From Planctomycetota bacterium (GTDB taxonomy: Bacteria; Planctomycetota; UBA8108; SXIK01), in contig OZ244999.1 in assembly GCA_965223265.1 (NCBI GenBank), positions 4,960,001-5,024,000 on the forward strand: a DNA stretch of 64,000 nt, read 5' to 3'. A model generated the notes under the pieces. It was given only the letters and a program-made list of their open reading frames with translations. It was not told the origin of the DNA and did not search any database. The position numbers and the translations under genes were made by a program. This document shows positions 30,273 to 40,572 of this stretch, piece by piece. Position 1 is the stretch's first letter, and every line of letters starts with the position of its first letter.

Positions 30273-31931
30273 ATGTCGACTGGAACGTTTCGCTCGAGCT
30301 TGTGTCGTCAGTTCACCGTCTCGACGCCCCGCGCCAGCGGGGGTTGGATCGTGCCATCGGTCGTCTCGATTCTCGCGGTCGTTGCGTCTCAACCCTGTGC
30401 CGGTGAGACGTGTGCGGGATTGTTCTCGCAGCCATCCAGCTACGTCATCGACGGCATAGCGGGAGGAAACGTCAACCCGCACGGCATGGCATCTGGAAAT
30501 ATCCTGGGGCGAGCCCTTCAGGATGTGGGCTTCAGAGATATCGTGATTGCGTCTACGAACGACAGCATCTTTGTACTCTTCAATCGCGGCGACGGGACCT
30601 TTGATGGCGGCAAGCAGTTTCTTTATACGATGCTATGCGATGAACCAAGGGCGGTAGCCACCTACGATTTCGACGGCGACGGAGACGACGATGTGATCGT
30701 CGGCTGCTCCGACGAGGATAGCGGCGATCCATCGATCATGCTTCTCGAGAGCCTGGGTGACGCGAGAGACTTCGCGGCTCCGCGGTTCCATCCAAGCGGT
30801 TTGAATTCTGCAGGCGCCGTGCGGAGCATCGTCGTGGCCAACCTTGATGGGAACAACTCGATCGATATTGCCGCCGGCACGGAGACGGGTAGTGTCATTC
30901 AATGGTTTGGATCAGGAGGTTTCTCGGTTGGCGCCGCGCTCAGTATCGACACGCTGACCTCAGGTACCAGCTTCATCGCTGCCGGCCAGCTTCGAAGTGC
31001 CAACAACGACAACGAGATGTACATCGTCGACTCGGGAGGGGCGTTTTTCCGTTCAGGTCCGCCAGCGGCGCAGCCGCAATGCGTCGTCGCTGGTGACGGC
31101 GCCCCCCCTTGCGCAACAGCATTCGGTGCTGGAGCTGGAATCGCTGTCACAGACCTCAACGGGGATGGTGATCCAGAGATCATTCATTCCGACGCCAGCT
31201 CGATCACCGTCATGGATGGCGCTACAGGTTTTCCCTCGCCGACATTTCCTAACGGTGGAATCCATCAAGAATTTTCGATGGCACCGTTCATCTCTAGTTT
31301 CGGAAGATTCAAAGATTTCGTCGTCACCGCCGACTTCGACAGGGACGGCAGTCCCGACGTCGCGTTGCCCTACCGAACGATTCAGCCGAACGATTCAGGC
31401 GGAGTTGTCGTTCTCTTCAACAACGGTAGCGGAATCGTGGATCCCGCAGCGTCGGGGCGCCGAGTGTTTCTGTTCCCTGTGCTCGACGAGCCTCGCTCCA
31501 TCCTCGCGGCGGACTTAAACAACGACGGCGAGCCGGACGTGGTCGTCGATACTGAGAAAACCGTCGGTAACGATTCCCTCGCATACGTCTGGCTCAACAT
31601 CCCCTTCTCCGACGGGAACGGCAACTCCATTCATGACGACTGTGAGTTCTTTCGTGGCGATGTCAACGGCGACCTCGCGGTGGACATCTCCGACCCGAAC
31701 GACTTGCTGGATCGACTCTTCGGCCCCGAGCCCATCGAGTGCGATGAAGCTGCCGACACAAACAACGACACGGTTGTCGACATCTCCGACCCGATCCATC
31801 TGCTCAATCACCTGTTTGGTTCGGCGTCGCTAGACCAACCACGCATCGTGCTGCAAGGATTCTGCGTTTGGCAGCTTCAGTGGGATGACAACGTCCTGTT
31901 GCCCGGGTGTAACTACATACCTTGTCCGTAG
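30273..31931 (+). CDS. Secreted FG-GAP/VCBS-repeat propeller protein with C-terminal dockerin-like domain
   Basis: DFDGDGDDD, NLDGNNSID, DLNGDGDPE, DFDRDGSPD and DLNNDGEPD repeats; FFRGDVNGDLAVDISD...DTNNDTVVDISD. Confidence 0.85.
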   Translation: MSTGTFRSSLCRQFTVSTPRASGGWIVPSVVSILAVVASQPCAGETCAGLFSQPSSYVIDGIAGGNVNPHGMASGNILGRALQDVGFRDIVIASTNDSIFVLFNRGDGTFDGGKQFLYTMLCDEPRAVATYDFDGDGDDDVIVGCSDEDSGDPSIMLLESLGDARDFAAPRFHPSGLNSAGAVRSIVVANLDGNNSIDIAAGTETGSVIQWFGSGGFSVGAALSIDTLTSGTSFIAAGQLRSANNDNEMYIVDSGGAFFRSGPPAAQPQCVVAGDGAPPCATAFGAGAGIAVTDLNGDGDPEIIHSDASSITVMDGATGFPSPTFPNGGIHQEFSMAPFISSFGRFKDFVVTADFDRDGSPDVALPYRTIQPNDSGGVVVLFNNGSGIVDPAASGRRVFLFPVLDEPRSILAADLNNDGEPDVVVDTEKTVGNDSLAYVWLNIPFSDGNGNSIHDDCEFFRGDVNGDLAVDISDPNDLLDRLFGPEPIECDEAADTNNDTVVDISDPIHLLNHLFGSASLDQPRIVLQGFCVWQLQWDDNVLLPGCNYIPCP

Positions 31932-32010
31932 CCGATAGCAGCCGTGGCTCGCGATTCGTCCCTGGTGAGAAGCAGCCCCTCCCTGTGGCGTGGTCGCGAG
32001 TCACCCTGAG

Positions 32011-33321
32011 CTACGTCTGACGGCGAGATTCGCACCGGCGCTTGCGTGGGCTCGACGCCCCCGCGCGGACAATGCCGGCCATCGCAGCGGCAACGTCCGG
32101 CGGCATCTCATCCGACGGCGGCAAAAACACCATGCTCCGAAGCGCGCGCTTCGCTTCGGTGGCCTCGAGATCGAGTCGCGCACTCGGCGCTTCAACGACG
32201 CAGTGGCTATGCCCCTGGGTGGAATCGAACCCGCATCCCCAAAGGCGCTCCATTACTGCGGCAGGGTCGTCCACCTCCACCGGAAAGACCCAATGTGTGT
32301 GCTGGAGTGCCTCCGCGCCCGGTCTCCGGACGCTGCCACCGAGCTGCTCCGCGAGTCTTTGAGCTGCGAGGATTCTGCGGTCGAGGCGCCCGCTGTCGAA
32401 GTTCCTTAGCCGCCGCTCGAGCAGTTCCAGTAGTGGCTCAGACGGCTGCTGGCGAATCCTCCGAAAGAAGTCTCGACCGGCGAAACCACGCGCGATCCGA
32501 TTCGCCCAAGCGTCATGTCGCCGCCCGAAGAGCCTCCATACACGCGCGATGAGCGCCAACGGCCCGGGTGTTGAGAGAACCTTGATGCCTACATACTTCA
32601 GGAGGCGGGCGAGATAGACCCAGCGACTTTGCCTCGGATAGCGGCTAGCCATCGCCCGCAGACGAGCACAGACATTAGCGTCGCGCAGGCGTGCGACGGC
32701 GCCGCCAAGTGCTGTTGCCGTCTTGATCGGCCCGAAACTGAACAGCTCAGCGTCGGACTCTACGGTTCGCCCGAGCGCCTCGGCAGTGAACGACTGGGCA
32801 CAGTCCTCAATCACAAAGAGACCGTTTTTCTCGGCAAGACTGCGGATCGAGTCCATTTCCACGCGGCTGCCAAACAGATGCGCCACCACAATGACCTTGG
32901 AGTTCGGTGTCAAGGCCGCCTCGACCGCCGCGGGCTTGGGCGCCAACGTGCGCGTGTCCAGGTCGACCGGGACGGGAACCAAGCCGTGATGCTCGACGAT
33001 GCGGACCATGTCTTTGATCGTCACCGCCGAGAGAAGCACTTCGCTTCGAGCCGGCAGATCGAGGACACTGAGAAGCGCGTCGAAAGCCGTGCGAACAGAA
33101 AGAAACGTGCAAGCACGATCACCATCGGCCCATTGTATAAGGACTGGATCGTTGTGTACGCCAGGACCCGCTCGCTCTCCCCAGCGTGGCCGACGAGACA
33201 GCCGAGGCGCCAGCGAACGCACCACACCGTAGCCGAGATCGCGCCAGCCGATATCGATTCTCTTCCTCACCCACATGGCGCCGTGCACCAACTCACCAGA
33301 CGAAGATGCGACAAATGACAC
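32011..33321 (-). CDS. DegT/DnrJ/EryC1/StrS-family PLP aminotransferase
   Basis: VVAHLFG, VIEDCAQ and FSFGPIKT (PLP Lys); alternative start ATG 33276. Confidence 0.85.
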   Translation of the reverse strand: MSFVASSSGELVHGAMWVRKRIDIGWRDLGYGVVRSLAPRLSRRPRWGERAGPGVHNDPVLIQWADGDRACTFLSVRTAFDALLSVLDLPARSEVLLSAVTIKDMVRIVEHHGLVPVPVDLDTRTLAPKPAAVEAALTPNSKVIVVAHLFGSRVEMDSIRSLAEKNGLFVIEDCAQSFTAEALGRTVESDAELFSFGPIKTATALGGAVARLRDANVCARLRAMASRYPRQSRWVYLARLLKYVGIKVLSTPGPLALIARVWRLFGRRHDAWANRIARGFAGRDFFRRIRQQPSEPLLELLERRLRNFDSGRLDRRILAAQRLAEQLGGSVRRPGAEALQHTHWVFPVEVDDPAAVMERLWGCGFDSTQGHSHCVVEAPSARLDLEATEAKRALRSMVFLPPSDEMPPDVAAAMAGIVRAGASSPRKRRCESRRQT

Positions 33322-33438
33322 GCTGACAACGACAGATTACGGATAACATCCCGCAGCGGACGCCACACGTTTTTTTGCGCAACTCATCCCACTCCAGCGA
33401 GGTGTAGGAGCATTCAGGCATCCACTCGGGAGTACACC

Positions 33439-34743
33439 CTACAGGCCACTGAGGACCTTCCTCGCGGCACGCAGTGCGACCTCGACGTGCTCAGACGTAT
33501 GCACAAGGCTGTGGTACCAGATGCCTCGACCGATGAGTCGAACGCCCTCGTGCAGCATGCCGAGCTCGAACTTGGCGTATTTCGCGCCGTCGTATGCCGC
33601 GACCGCTTCTCGGTAGTCGTGGACGGCAGAGGCGGCCGTGAATCCCATGTGGAAAACGGGGCCTGGCCCCTGGACGAGCACGTCGTGCCCGCCGCTTCGC
33701 GCCGCACTCCGGAGACCCTCCATGAGCGCCAGACCGTTGTCGGTCAGACGATCATATGCCGCACACTCGTTCTCGGTGAGGAGATCGAGCGTCGCTGTTA
33801 CGGCGGCCATGGACGCATTGTTGCTGTTGAGTGTCCCGGCATGAATAGCGCGCCCGTCGGCAACCGCGTCCATAAACTCTCTTCGGCCGGCAAGAATGCT
33901 GACCGGATAGCCACCGGCACACGCTTTGCCGAACACAGCGAGATCGGGTGTCACTCCCAGTTGCGCCTGCGCGCCGCCCGGCGCGACGCGGAATCCGGTG
34001 ATCACCTCGTCGAAAATCAGAGCTATCCCGTGATCATCGCACAGCGCTCTCAGCCCCTCCAAAAACCCCGGTCGCGGCGCGATGCAGCTCGTGTTGCACA
34101 TGATCGGCTCAGTGATGATCGCCGCGACGTCGTCTGCCTTCTCACGTACCCTTCGCGTCAGTAGATCAAGATCGTTCCAGGGCAGGACGATCACGTCGTT
34201 CAGTACGCTCGCCGACTGCCCGCCAGTCCACGCCACCGCCGCTGCTGACTCGCGTGGTCCGGCTCGGTCCAGCGCCGGGTTGACGCTGACACTCGTGCTG
34301 TCGAGCCAGCCATGATAATGACCTTCAAACTTGATGTACTTTTGCCGGCCTGTGACGGCCCGCGCGACACGCAATGCGGCTTGAACGGACTCACTCCCTG
34401 ACAGCGAGAAACGCAGGAGCTCCGCGCACGGGACGATGTCGCAAATCCGCTCGGCCGCCTCGATCTCAAGCTTATGCTGACCCGCGAAGAGTTGGCCTTT
34501 GGTGGACTCCTCGGCGACACGCTGAAGCAGTCGCGGGTGGGAATGCCCCAAGATCATCGGCCCTTGCGACAAGGTAAAGTCCAGAAAGCGGTGGCCATCG
34601 ACGTCGGTGATGTATGCGCCCTCGGCATGATCGAAGACGAGGGGATGCGGTTGACCGAAGATGCGAAAGTGACTACTCACTCCACCAGCAAGCGAATGGG
34701 CAGCGCGCTCCATCAACTTCCGACTGTTCGAAAAATCCAGCAT
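33439..34743 (-). CDS. Class III aminotransferase (HemL/GSA-aminomutase-like)
   Basis: GGVSS, DVDGH.FLD, ILGH, SGSE, FEGHYHG, IFDEVITGFR, FGKA and HAGT; start ATG 34743. Confidence 0.88.
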   Translation of the reverse strand: MLDFSNSRKLMERAAHSLAGGVSSHFRIFGQPHPLVFDHAEGAYITDVDGHRFLDFTLSQGPMILGHSHPRLLQRVAEESTKGQLFAGQHKLEIEAAERICDIVPCAELLRFSLSGSESVQAALRVARAVTGRQKYIKFEGHYHGWLDSTSVSVNPALDRAGPRESAAAVAWTGGQSASVLNDVIVLPWNDLDLLTRRVREKADDVAAIITEPIMCNTSCIAPRPGFLEGLRALCDDHGIALIFDEVITGFRVAPGGAQAQLGVTPDLAVFGKACAGGYPVSILAGRREFMDAVADGRAIHAGTLNSNNASMAAVTATLDLLTENECAAYDRLTDNGLALMEGLRSAARSGGHDVLVQGPGPVFHMGFTAASAVHDYREAVAAYDGAKYAKFELGMLHEGVRLIGRGIWYHSLVHTSEHVEVALRAARKVLSGL

Positions 34744-34963
34744 GCTCGACTCCCAATGACGAAACTCTGAACAAAGCACAAGCGTGACCGTGCAGTGTAT
34801 GCGAGCCGAAACCAAGGTGCGAGTGGGGAACTCGTGCTAGCCGCGGCAGAATGGGTATACTGCTGCTGCAGCATCAGCGTCGCCAGCGGGCTGACGTTGC
34901 CGACCTCCACGCCCGCTAAACTTAACAGCGTGTTGAACCCTCAACTGATCATCGAGCCGCCGC

Positions 34964-37636
34964 ATGCAACTGAGACAGTTTTCGATTGTTCTGCTGACCA
35001 TGATCTCGTCCATTCGACTCGAGAGTGCCGAGTTCACCCGTATCACAATCCAGCTCGGCGTCGACGCCACAGGTGTCGAAAAGAGCGCCGCCAACCTCCT
35101 CGCATCGCGCATCTCTGAACGCCTCACGAGTCCCGAGAGTGTCCGCGTCGTCGCTGAGACTACGTTGGAGTCAGAATCCGTTCCTCCACCGTCAACGCTC
35201 GTCGTGTTTCTCGGAATCCCAGAGCACCACCGCGCGATCCAACGCGCGCTCACCGCACATCGCATCCCACCGCTCACCGATCTGGCACCTGGCCCGGAAG
35301 GGTTCCTCCTCAAAAGTCTCCGCGAGAGTGAACGCCCGGTTCTGCTAGCCACCGGACGAGACGAGCGCGGAGTACTGTACGCCGTCGGTGAGATCCTACG
35401 GCGTGTCGTGGTTCGAGAAGACCGAGTCATATGTCCCCTGCCGCTTGAGATTCGGACGGCACCGGCATTCGAAGTGCGAGGCACCCAGTTCGGACAAAGC
35501 GGCGTCGCCAAGCGCCTCGCGAACGTGCGATCGTGGACACTTGAAGAAACTCAGCGCGTCGTGATCGACTACGCCTTAGCGGGTGCGAACACGTTTCCCA
35601 CCGGCCCTGGGCCGATGTTCGACTTCATCAAGTCATTTGGCCTCATGACACAGGGCGGTTTCGGGGCCAACACCGGCTCCGGCCCACCAGAGTGGCACGC
35701 AAAGGAGTCGATCGGCCGGCTCGGCTACGTTTGTCTTTCCGTCCCAGCGGCCCGGGCAGCGCAAATCGAACGCTGCGAGGCGCAGTTCAAGAACAGTCCA
35801 ACCTACGATTTCGTCAAGTTTCACGGCGGCGACGGTGGCGGCTGCGAGTGCGATCTCTGTGATCCGTATGGTTTGATCTTCATCAAGACCGTCGCTGAGA
35901 TGGCAAAGATCATCCACAAGTACCACCCGACGACGAGGATCTACTTCACGAACCAGAAATTCGACAACGATGATGACAACGCGATCCTACACTACCTCAA
36001 CGCGCAGCCGCGGGAGTGGTTGTGGGCGTGGGGCTACGGACCCGGCTCGGACGCAACCACATGGCAGCCGGGACATCGTCAAACCCACCGCATGGACTTG
36101 TTTCGCTATCCCGGATTCGGGCCGTTCGACCTTTATCCGCGCGAGCTGATCCGCCGGCTCCCACCGCGCCATGTGTTGACCTACTATAACGAGATCACCC
36201 ATTGGCGCTATGCACAGCATGGGTACGTCCAGATGTACCCGCGCACCGACCGTAGCGGCGACCACCCGCCCCACTGGAGCCATTCAATCTACGAGCGACG
36301 GCCAGACCAAGCTCTGACAATGGTCTACGATCGCCTGACGTTCTACGCCTGGCCACGCTTCTACCACCGAGTCTTCAACGATCTCATGCGCTATGCGGTC
36401 GGCGACGTGACACACTCGAGCGGTCACCACGATCACTTCAACCAATGGATGTGGCAGCGGCTTCTCTGGACTCCGCGGACGAGTGTCGAAGCGGTCGTCG
36501 ATGAATACTGCACGACCTGGTTCGGGCACGAGGCCGCGCCGCTTATGGCGAGGGCGATCTTCCAGCTCGAAGAGAATCTGGAGGAAGATTCCGACACACC
36601 GCTGGCCGACAAATCGGGCATCGATCGGTACTACGAGCTCGTCAGGGACGCCGGACGCCAGATGCCCCAGGTCGACCGAGACCGCAGCTGGCTGTGGCGA
36701 CAGTTCATGCAGAAAGGCGCACTCGACAAGTACACACAGCTGGCGGTCCGCCAGCAGTCCGCGCTTCAACGACGCATCGAAAAAGCGATCGCCCTGGCGC
36801 TTGAGCAGCGCGATCACGCCGGCGACAAGAACACAAACGCCGCCATCGAGCAGTGTCTGGGTTGGCTGGGTCGGTCGACGGGAGAGCCGGCTCACCTGGC
36901 TGCGATCGAGACCGAGGAGATGTCACGTCTACGACAGGAGGCTGGCCGGCTCGGCGAAGAGAGCAACCGTCTCTTCGGCGTCCGTAACGAAGGTTACTTC
37001 AATCTTGAGCATGACTTCATCGGGCTCGGCTGGCTCAAGCGCCAACTCGAGCGTGCCAAAGCTTCCAGTGGCCTCGAGAAGCGCGAACTGCTTCGCATGA
37101 TCGTCGCCTATAACGACCCAGGTCCGGGGGGGCACTACGACAACCTTGGCACGTACAACTCGGCACCGAACGTCGTTAGCGGATACCCCTACGACCACGG
37201 CCAACCGTACGTCGCACAAATGCTCTCCGAAAGTAATCGACCGAGCCAACGCTCCATGCACTTCACACAAGACGAGGCCGAAGGTGTCACCCTCCACTAC
37301 CGCGATCTCGAGCCAAACGCCCGCTATCGTTTGCGTTTGACACTCGTGCGCCCATGGTTTCAATCGCGCTACGCCATGCGCATGAACCAGCGCTCCCAGT
37401 CAATCCTCGCCGACGACGTGGTCCTGGCGCATGAGCTCGAGCTCCCGGAACGCATGAGCGACTTCGTCACCTTCGACGTTCCACAACAAGCCACGCGCGA
37501 CGGAGAGCTCGTCATTCAGCTGCGCAAGGCGAGCGACGTTGCGGTGGGCCCACGCGTCGAGCGAGAGCAGTGGCGCAACAGCGGCGGCTGGGGCACGATT
37601 CTCTCGGAGGCCTGGTTGCTGCGGGTGTCACCATGA
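34964..37636 (+). CDS. Secreted 890-aa protein with GH20b/GH67N-like N-terminal domain; possible uncharacterised glycoside hydrolase
   Basis: Signal peptide; GPEGFLL...ATGRDERGVLYAVG...TAPAFEVRG; GDGGGCECDLC. Confidence 0.6.
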   Translation: MQLRQFSIVLLTMISSIRLESAEFTRITIQLGVDATGVEKSAANLLASRISERLTSPESVRVVAETTLESESVPPPSTLVVFLGIPEHHRAIQRALTAHRIPPLTDLAPGPEGFLLKSLRESERPVLLATGRDERGVLYAVGEILRRVVVREDRVICPLPLEIRTAPAFEVRGTQFGQSGVAKRLANVRSWTLEETQRVVIDYALAGANTFPTGPGPMFDFIKSFGLMTQGGFGANTGSGPPEWHAKESIGRLGYVCLSVPAARAAQIERCEAQFKNSPTYDFVKFHGGDGGGCECDLCDPYGLIFIKTVAEMAKIIHKYHPTTRIYFTNQKFDNDDDNAILHYLNAQPREWLWAWGYGPGSDATTWQPGHRQTHRMDLFRYPGFGPFDLYPRELIRRLPPRHVLTYYNEITHWRYAQHGYVQMYPRTDRSGDHPPHWSHSIYERRPDQALTMVYDRLTFYAWPRFYHRVFNDLMRYAVGDVTHSSGHHDHFNQWMWQRLLWTPRTSVEAVVDEYCTTWFGHEAAPLMARAIFQLEENLEEDSDTPLADKSGIDRYYELVRDAGRQMPQVDRDRSWLWRQFMQKGALDKYTQLAVRQQSALQRRIEKAIALALEQRDHAGDKNTNAAIEQCLGWLGRSTGEPAHLAAIETEEMSRLRQEAGRLGEESNRLFGVRNEGYFNLEHDFIGLGWLKRQLERAKASSGLEKRELLRMIVAYNDPGPGGHYDNLGTYNSAPNVVSGYPYDHGQPYVAQMLSESNRPSQRSMHFTQDEAEGVTLHYRDLEPNARYRLRLTLVRPWFQSRYAMRMNQRSQSILADDVVLAHELELPERMSDFVTFDVPQQATRDGELVIQLRKASDVAVGPRVEREQWRNSGGWGTILSEAWLLRVSP

Positions 37637-38120
37637 TGCGAGAGTTCGTGTAGGGTCCGGGGGGGACGTTCGGATTCAGCACTGAAATAGTCACCCAGAC
37701 AGCGAAAAACGGAGCCAAAACATCCTGGCTATGATACGATTTCGTTCAGGGAAAAAGTGGGAATAGAGGGTTGTAGCCACAGCCATGGGATCGAACATGT
37801 CGGCGATCGAGCATTTCGCCGATCGACCTCACGCTGCGGCTTGATCGCCGGGCCGGGAGCCCGGCAAGCAAGTTCCGAAGTCTCATGCTGACAGTGGCCT
37901 GTTGACGAGCCACCGGGAACGACTTCGGCTTAGTAAGGCTGCTGGAGACACGAACGGGGGCGAGACTCACCTCTTCGCGCCGGTTCAACATCGGCGCCGA
38001 CGGCGCTGCCGAAGCGGAGAAGGATGGGTTGGTTTCGACCCGAAGCAGTTCTCGTTCAGCCTGCTAGGCCGGGACGGTGACTCCTTCGCAGATCGCTGAC
38101 TGGTCCTTTGGAGGTGCGCG

Positions 38121-40010
38121 ATGAAGACGCGATGGCTATTCACAGTCTTGGGTGGACTCTTGGCGGCGAGCTCCTCGCTTTCGGCATTCGAATTCACGGA
38201 GGAAAACAGCTGCATCCTCCTAGCGGACGGCAACACGAATCCATTCGTCGACTCGCCCGACTGCGCTCTACCGGAGAACCTCGAGTGGTGCTGGTGCGCA
38301 CGTTCGATTTTTTCGAATCCGTTGAAAGGGGAAGCGACGGCGTTCGAGATGGGAATCATTCAGGACAGGGGCGACCCTGGACTCGCGAACATTCTCGTCG
38401 ATGTGAATGATGGGACGCTCGACGTCAGCGGCGTCAGCGCCGGCGATCTCCTGGGGACGTTCATCATCAAAGAGCTGATTCCCATCGTCAATCCGCCTGC
38501 CTTCTTCGATCTCAGTTTCGAAATCCGAGCGACTGCGGTCAACGCGAGCACGGTCGACTTCGAAGTCGTTCTGCAGACAGTCGACCCTTTCACGCTCAAC
38601 GTCTTGACCTATGATCCGACCGACGCCGATCACGCCAACGGGCTCCTCGATACCGGTCGAATTGTTTCGCGAGGTGCTGGAGCGGGCTTCACGGTCGAGT
38701 GGCGCTACGAATTCCCCCCACCAGCTCCTGCCATCACGCCCGCCATTCAGCCAGGCGACTACACCGACCCTGGTTTCGGGACGCGTCCGATCGTGTCGCT
38801 GTTCGGACCTGGCAGCGCTCTGGACGGCGACTATGTCCTGCCAACCGAAGGGACCTCGATCACGGCTGCAATTCTCGCTCGCCGCACGCGAGAGGGCCCC
38901 GACAGCCTCAACGTCGACAACCCAGCGGAGATTCTTCCTCTTGGCTCCGATCTCTGCGAAATCATCGATGATCCTCTCGCCGATCTCGATCCTTGTAAGG
39001 AATTCGAGGACGTCATTCCGATTTTCGACGAGCTCCCGAACAACCCACCGGTCGCGGTCATCGTCGCCACCAGCGGCGTCACCGGTGAGGTGCTTGACGG
39101 CACGATCGATGTCGACTGCGGCGTCGGTCAGGCGATTCTCCGCGGCACGAATTCGTCGGACGGAGACAACGGCACCCAAGGCCTCACCTATCAGTGGGAA
39201 GTCATCTCCGGCACCGAAGGTGGCGTTGAGCTGACGAGTCCAAACTTCAAGGACACTCTGGCTCGCTTTCTCGTCGAGGACGTCTACGAAATCTCATTGA
39301 CCGTCAACGATGGACAGTCTGAAGACAACACCGACTCGACAACGGTCGTCCTCGAAGCCGTCCCAGGGCTCGGCCCCAACGAACCGCCGACGGCATCGCT
39401 TACGTTTCAAGCACCAGCCGTGGCTGTCGGCGAGCTTTCTGCGGAGCTGCAGCTCGCCGGTGGCGTGACCGAGATGCGTGTCGATGTTTCCACCACGAGC
39501 GGCCCGGACGGCTGCCCGCAAGAAGAGCTCGCTATGTGGGAACGCATCAGCGGCCCAGCAACGGTCATCATCCGCGACCCACTCGACGAAGACTTGGATC
39601 TGACTTTCGCAGAGACCGGCGAGTACGAGTTCAAGTTGACAGTTGACGATTTCTCGCCGGAGAACAACATCCTCGAGGTAGTGATCGACGTCCTCGTGAC
39701 GGGAACACCTGGGCAACTGCCTGGCGACGTCAACCAAGACGGTGGTGTCGATATCTCCGACCCGGTAGCGCAGCTCAACTTCCTGTTCGCAGGGATACTC
39801 CTCGACGCTTGCATGCTGGTTCCTGACTCGTTTCCGCCCGCTTTGAGTGAGACGGGCGTCGCAATCAGCGACTGGAACGGCGATGGCGGCGTCGACATCT
39901 CCGACCCGGTCAGTAGTCTCAACTTTCAGTTCGGCGGCATTGGCGTGCCGCACGTTTTGGGGCAAACCTGCACGCAGATCGCCGGCGACTGCCCGGAACT
40001 CTGCCGTTAA
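38121..40010 (+). CDS. Secreted acidic protein with two PKD/Ig-like domains and C-terminal dockerin-like domain
   Basis: GGAGG RBS and signal peptide; NNPPVA..SSDGD..LTYQW..LTVND and NEPPTA..W..SGP..GEYEFKLTVDD; PGDVNQDGGVDISD...DWNGDGGVDISD. Confidence 0.85.
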   Translation: MKTRWLFTVLGGLLAASSSLSAFEFTEENSCILLADGNTNPFVDSPDCALPENLEWCWCARSIFSNPLKGEATAFEMGIIQDRGDPGLANILVDVNDGTLDVSGVSAGDLLGTFIIKELIPIVNPPAFFDLSFEIRATAVNASTVDFEVVLQTVDPFTLNVLTYDPTDADHANGLLDTGRIVSRGAGAGFTVEWRYEFPPPAPAITPAIQPGDYTDPGFGTRPIVSLFGPGSALDGDYVLPTEGTSITAAILARRTREGPDSLNVDNPAEILPLGSDLCEIIDDPLADLDPCKEFEDVIPIFDELPNNPPVAVIVATSGVTGEVLDGTIDVDCGVGQAILRGTNSSDGDNGTQGLTYQWEVISGTEGGVELTSPNFKDTLARFLVEDVYEISLTVNDGQSEDNTDSTTVVLEAVPGLGPNEPPTASLTFQAPAVAVGELSAELQLAGGVTEMRVDVSTTSGPDGCPQEELAMWERISGPATVIIRDPLDEDLDLTFAETGEYEFKLTVDDFSPENNILEVVIDVLVTGTPGQLPGDVNQDGGVDISDPVAQLNFLFAGILLDACMLVPDSFPPALSETGVAISDWNGDGGVDISDPVSSLNFQFGGIGVPHVLGQTCTQIAGDCPELCR

Positions 40011-40186
40011 CAGCCTGTTGAAAAAGTGCTTCGAGCCGAAAACTGGTCTCTTCGCGTCCAGATCGGCCGCGGCAAACGCAGGTAATCTCCGAGCCCTCTT
40101 CTATAAGGTATACGGCGAGTATTGACGCGGTCGAGCTGGGCGTGAAGAGGCCGGTTTCTCGGCCGAATGACTTTTTCAACGGGCTG
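40011..40186 (+). mobile_element. MITE family 1, copy 3 (best-preserved TIRs)
   Basis: CAGCCTGTTGAAAAAGT...ACTTTTTCAACGGGCTG; flanks TTAA/CTAA, the left one containing the upstream stop codon. Confidence 0.88.
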
Positions 40187-40190
40187 CTAA

Positions 40191-40460
40191 CTCGAGTTTG
40201 GCCATTTCGCGTCGAGCCTGGGAAAGCCAGGAGCGTCGAGGCCAAGGAGCGTCGAGGCCAAGGAGCGACGACAACGCGATCCCGCTGCGATCGTGGCGGA
40301 GGAGCGACGCAGGCATCGGCGCTCCTGGCTTTCCCCGAAGGGCCGGACAGGAGTTTTTAAACATGCACAAGGGTTCTCAGGGTACGAAAAAGTCGAAAGG
40401 GCCGTTGAATTCCCGCGAAACTCGTCCGGCCAGGCCGGCGCGAAATGGCCAAACTCGAGG
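40191..40460 (+). mobile_element. MITE family 2, copy 1
   Basis: 21-bp perfect TIR CTCGAGTTTGGCCATTTCGCG/CGCGAAATGGCCAAACTCGAG; flanked by CTAA on both sides; homologous copy at 54607. Confidence 0.82.
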
Positions 40461-40572
40461 CTAACAGCCGGCGAGCCGAGTCTCAGAATCCGCAGCGCGG
40501 GGGACAAAGCGAATATCAGAGTCGACCAACTTTGACTCTGATATTCGCTCGATCCTCTGCGAGCGCGCAACC

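Noticed and set aside
33439-34743. Assigning the gene symbol hemL
   Set aside because: Class III family membership is clear, but the substrate motif differs (HGWLD) and there are no heme-pathway neighbours; it may be a paralog
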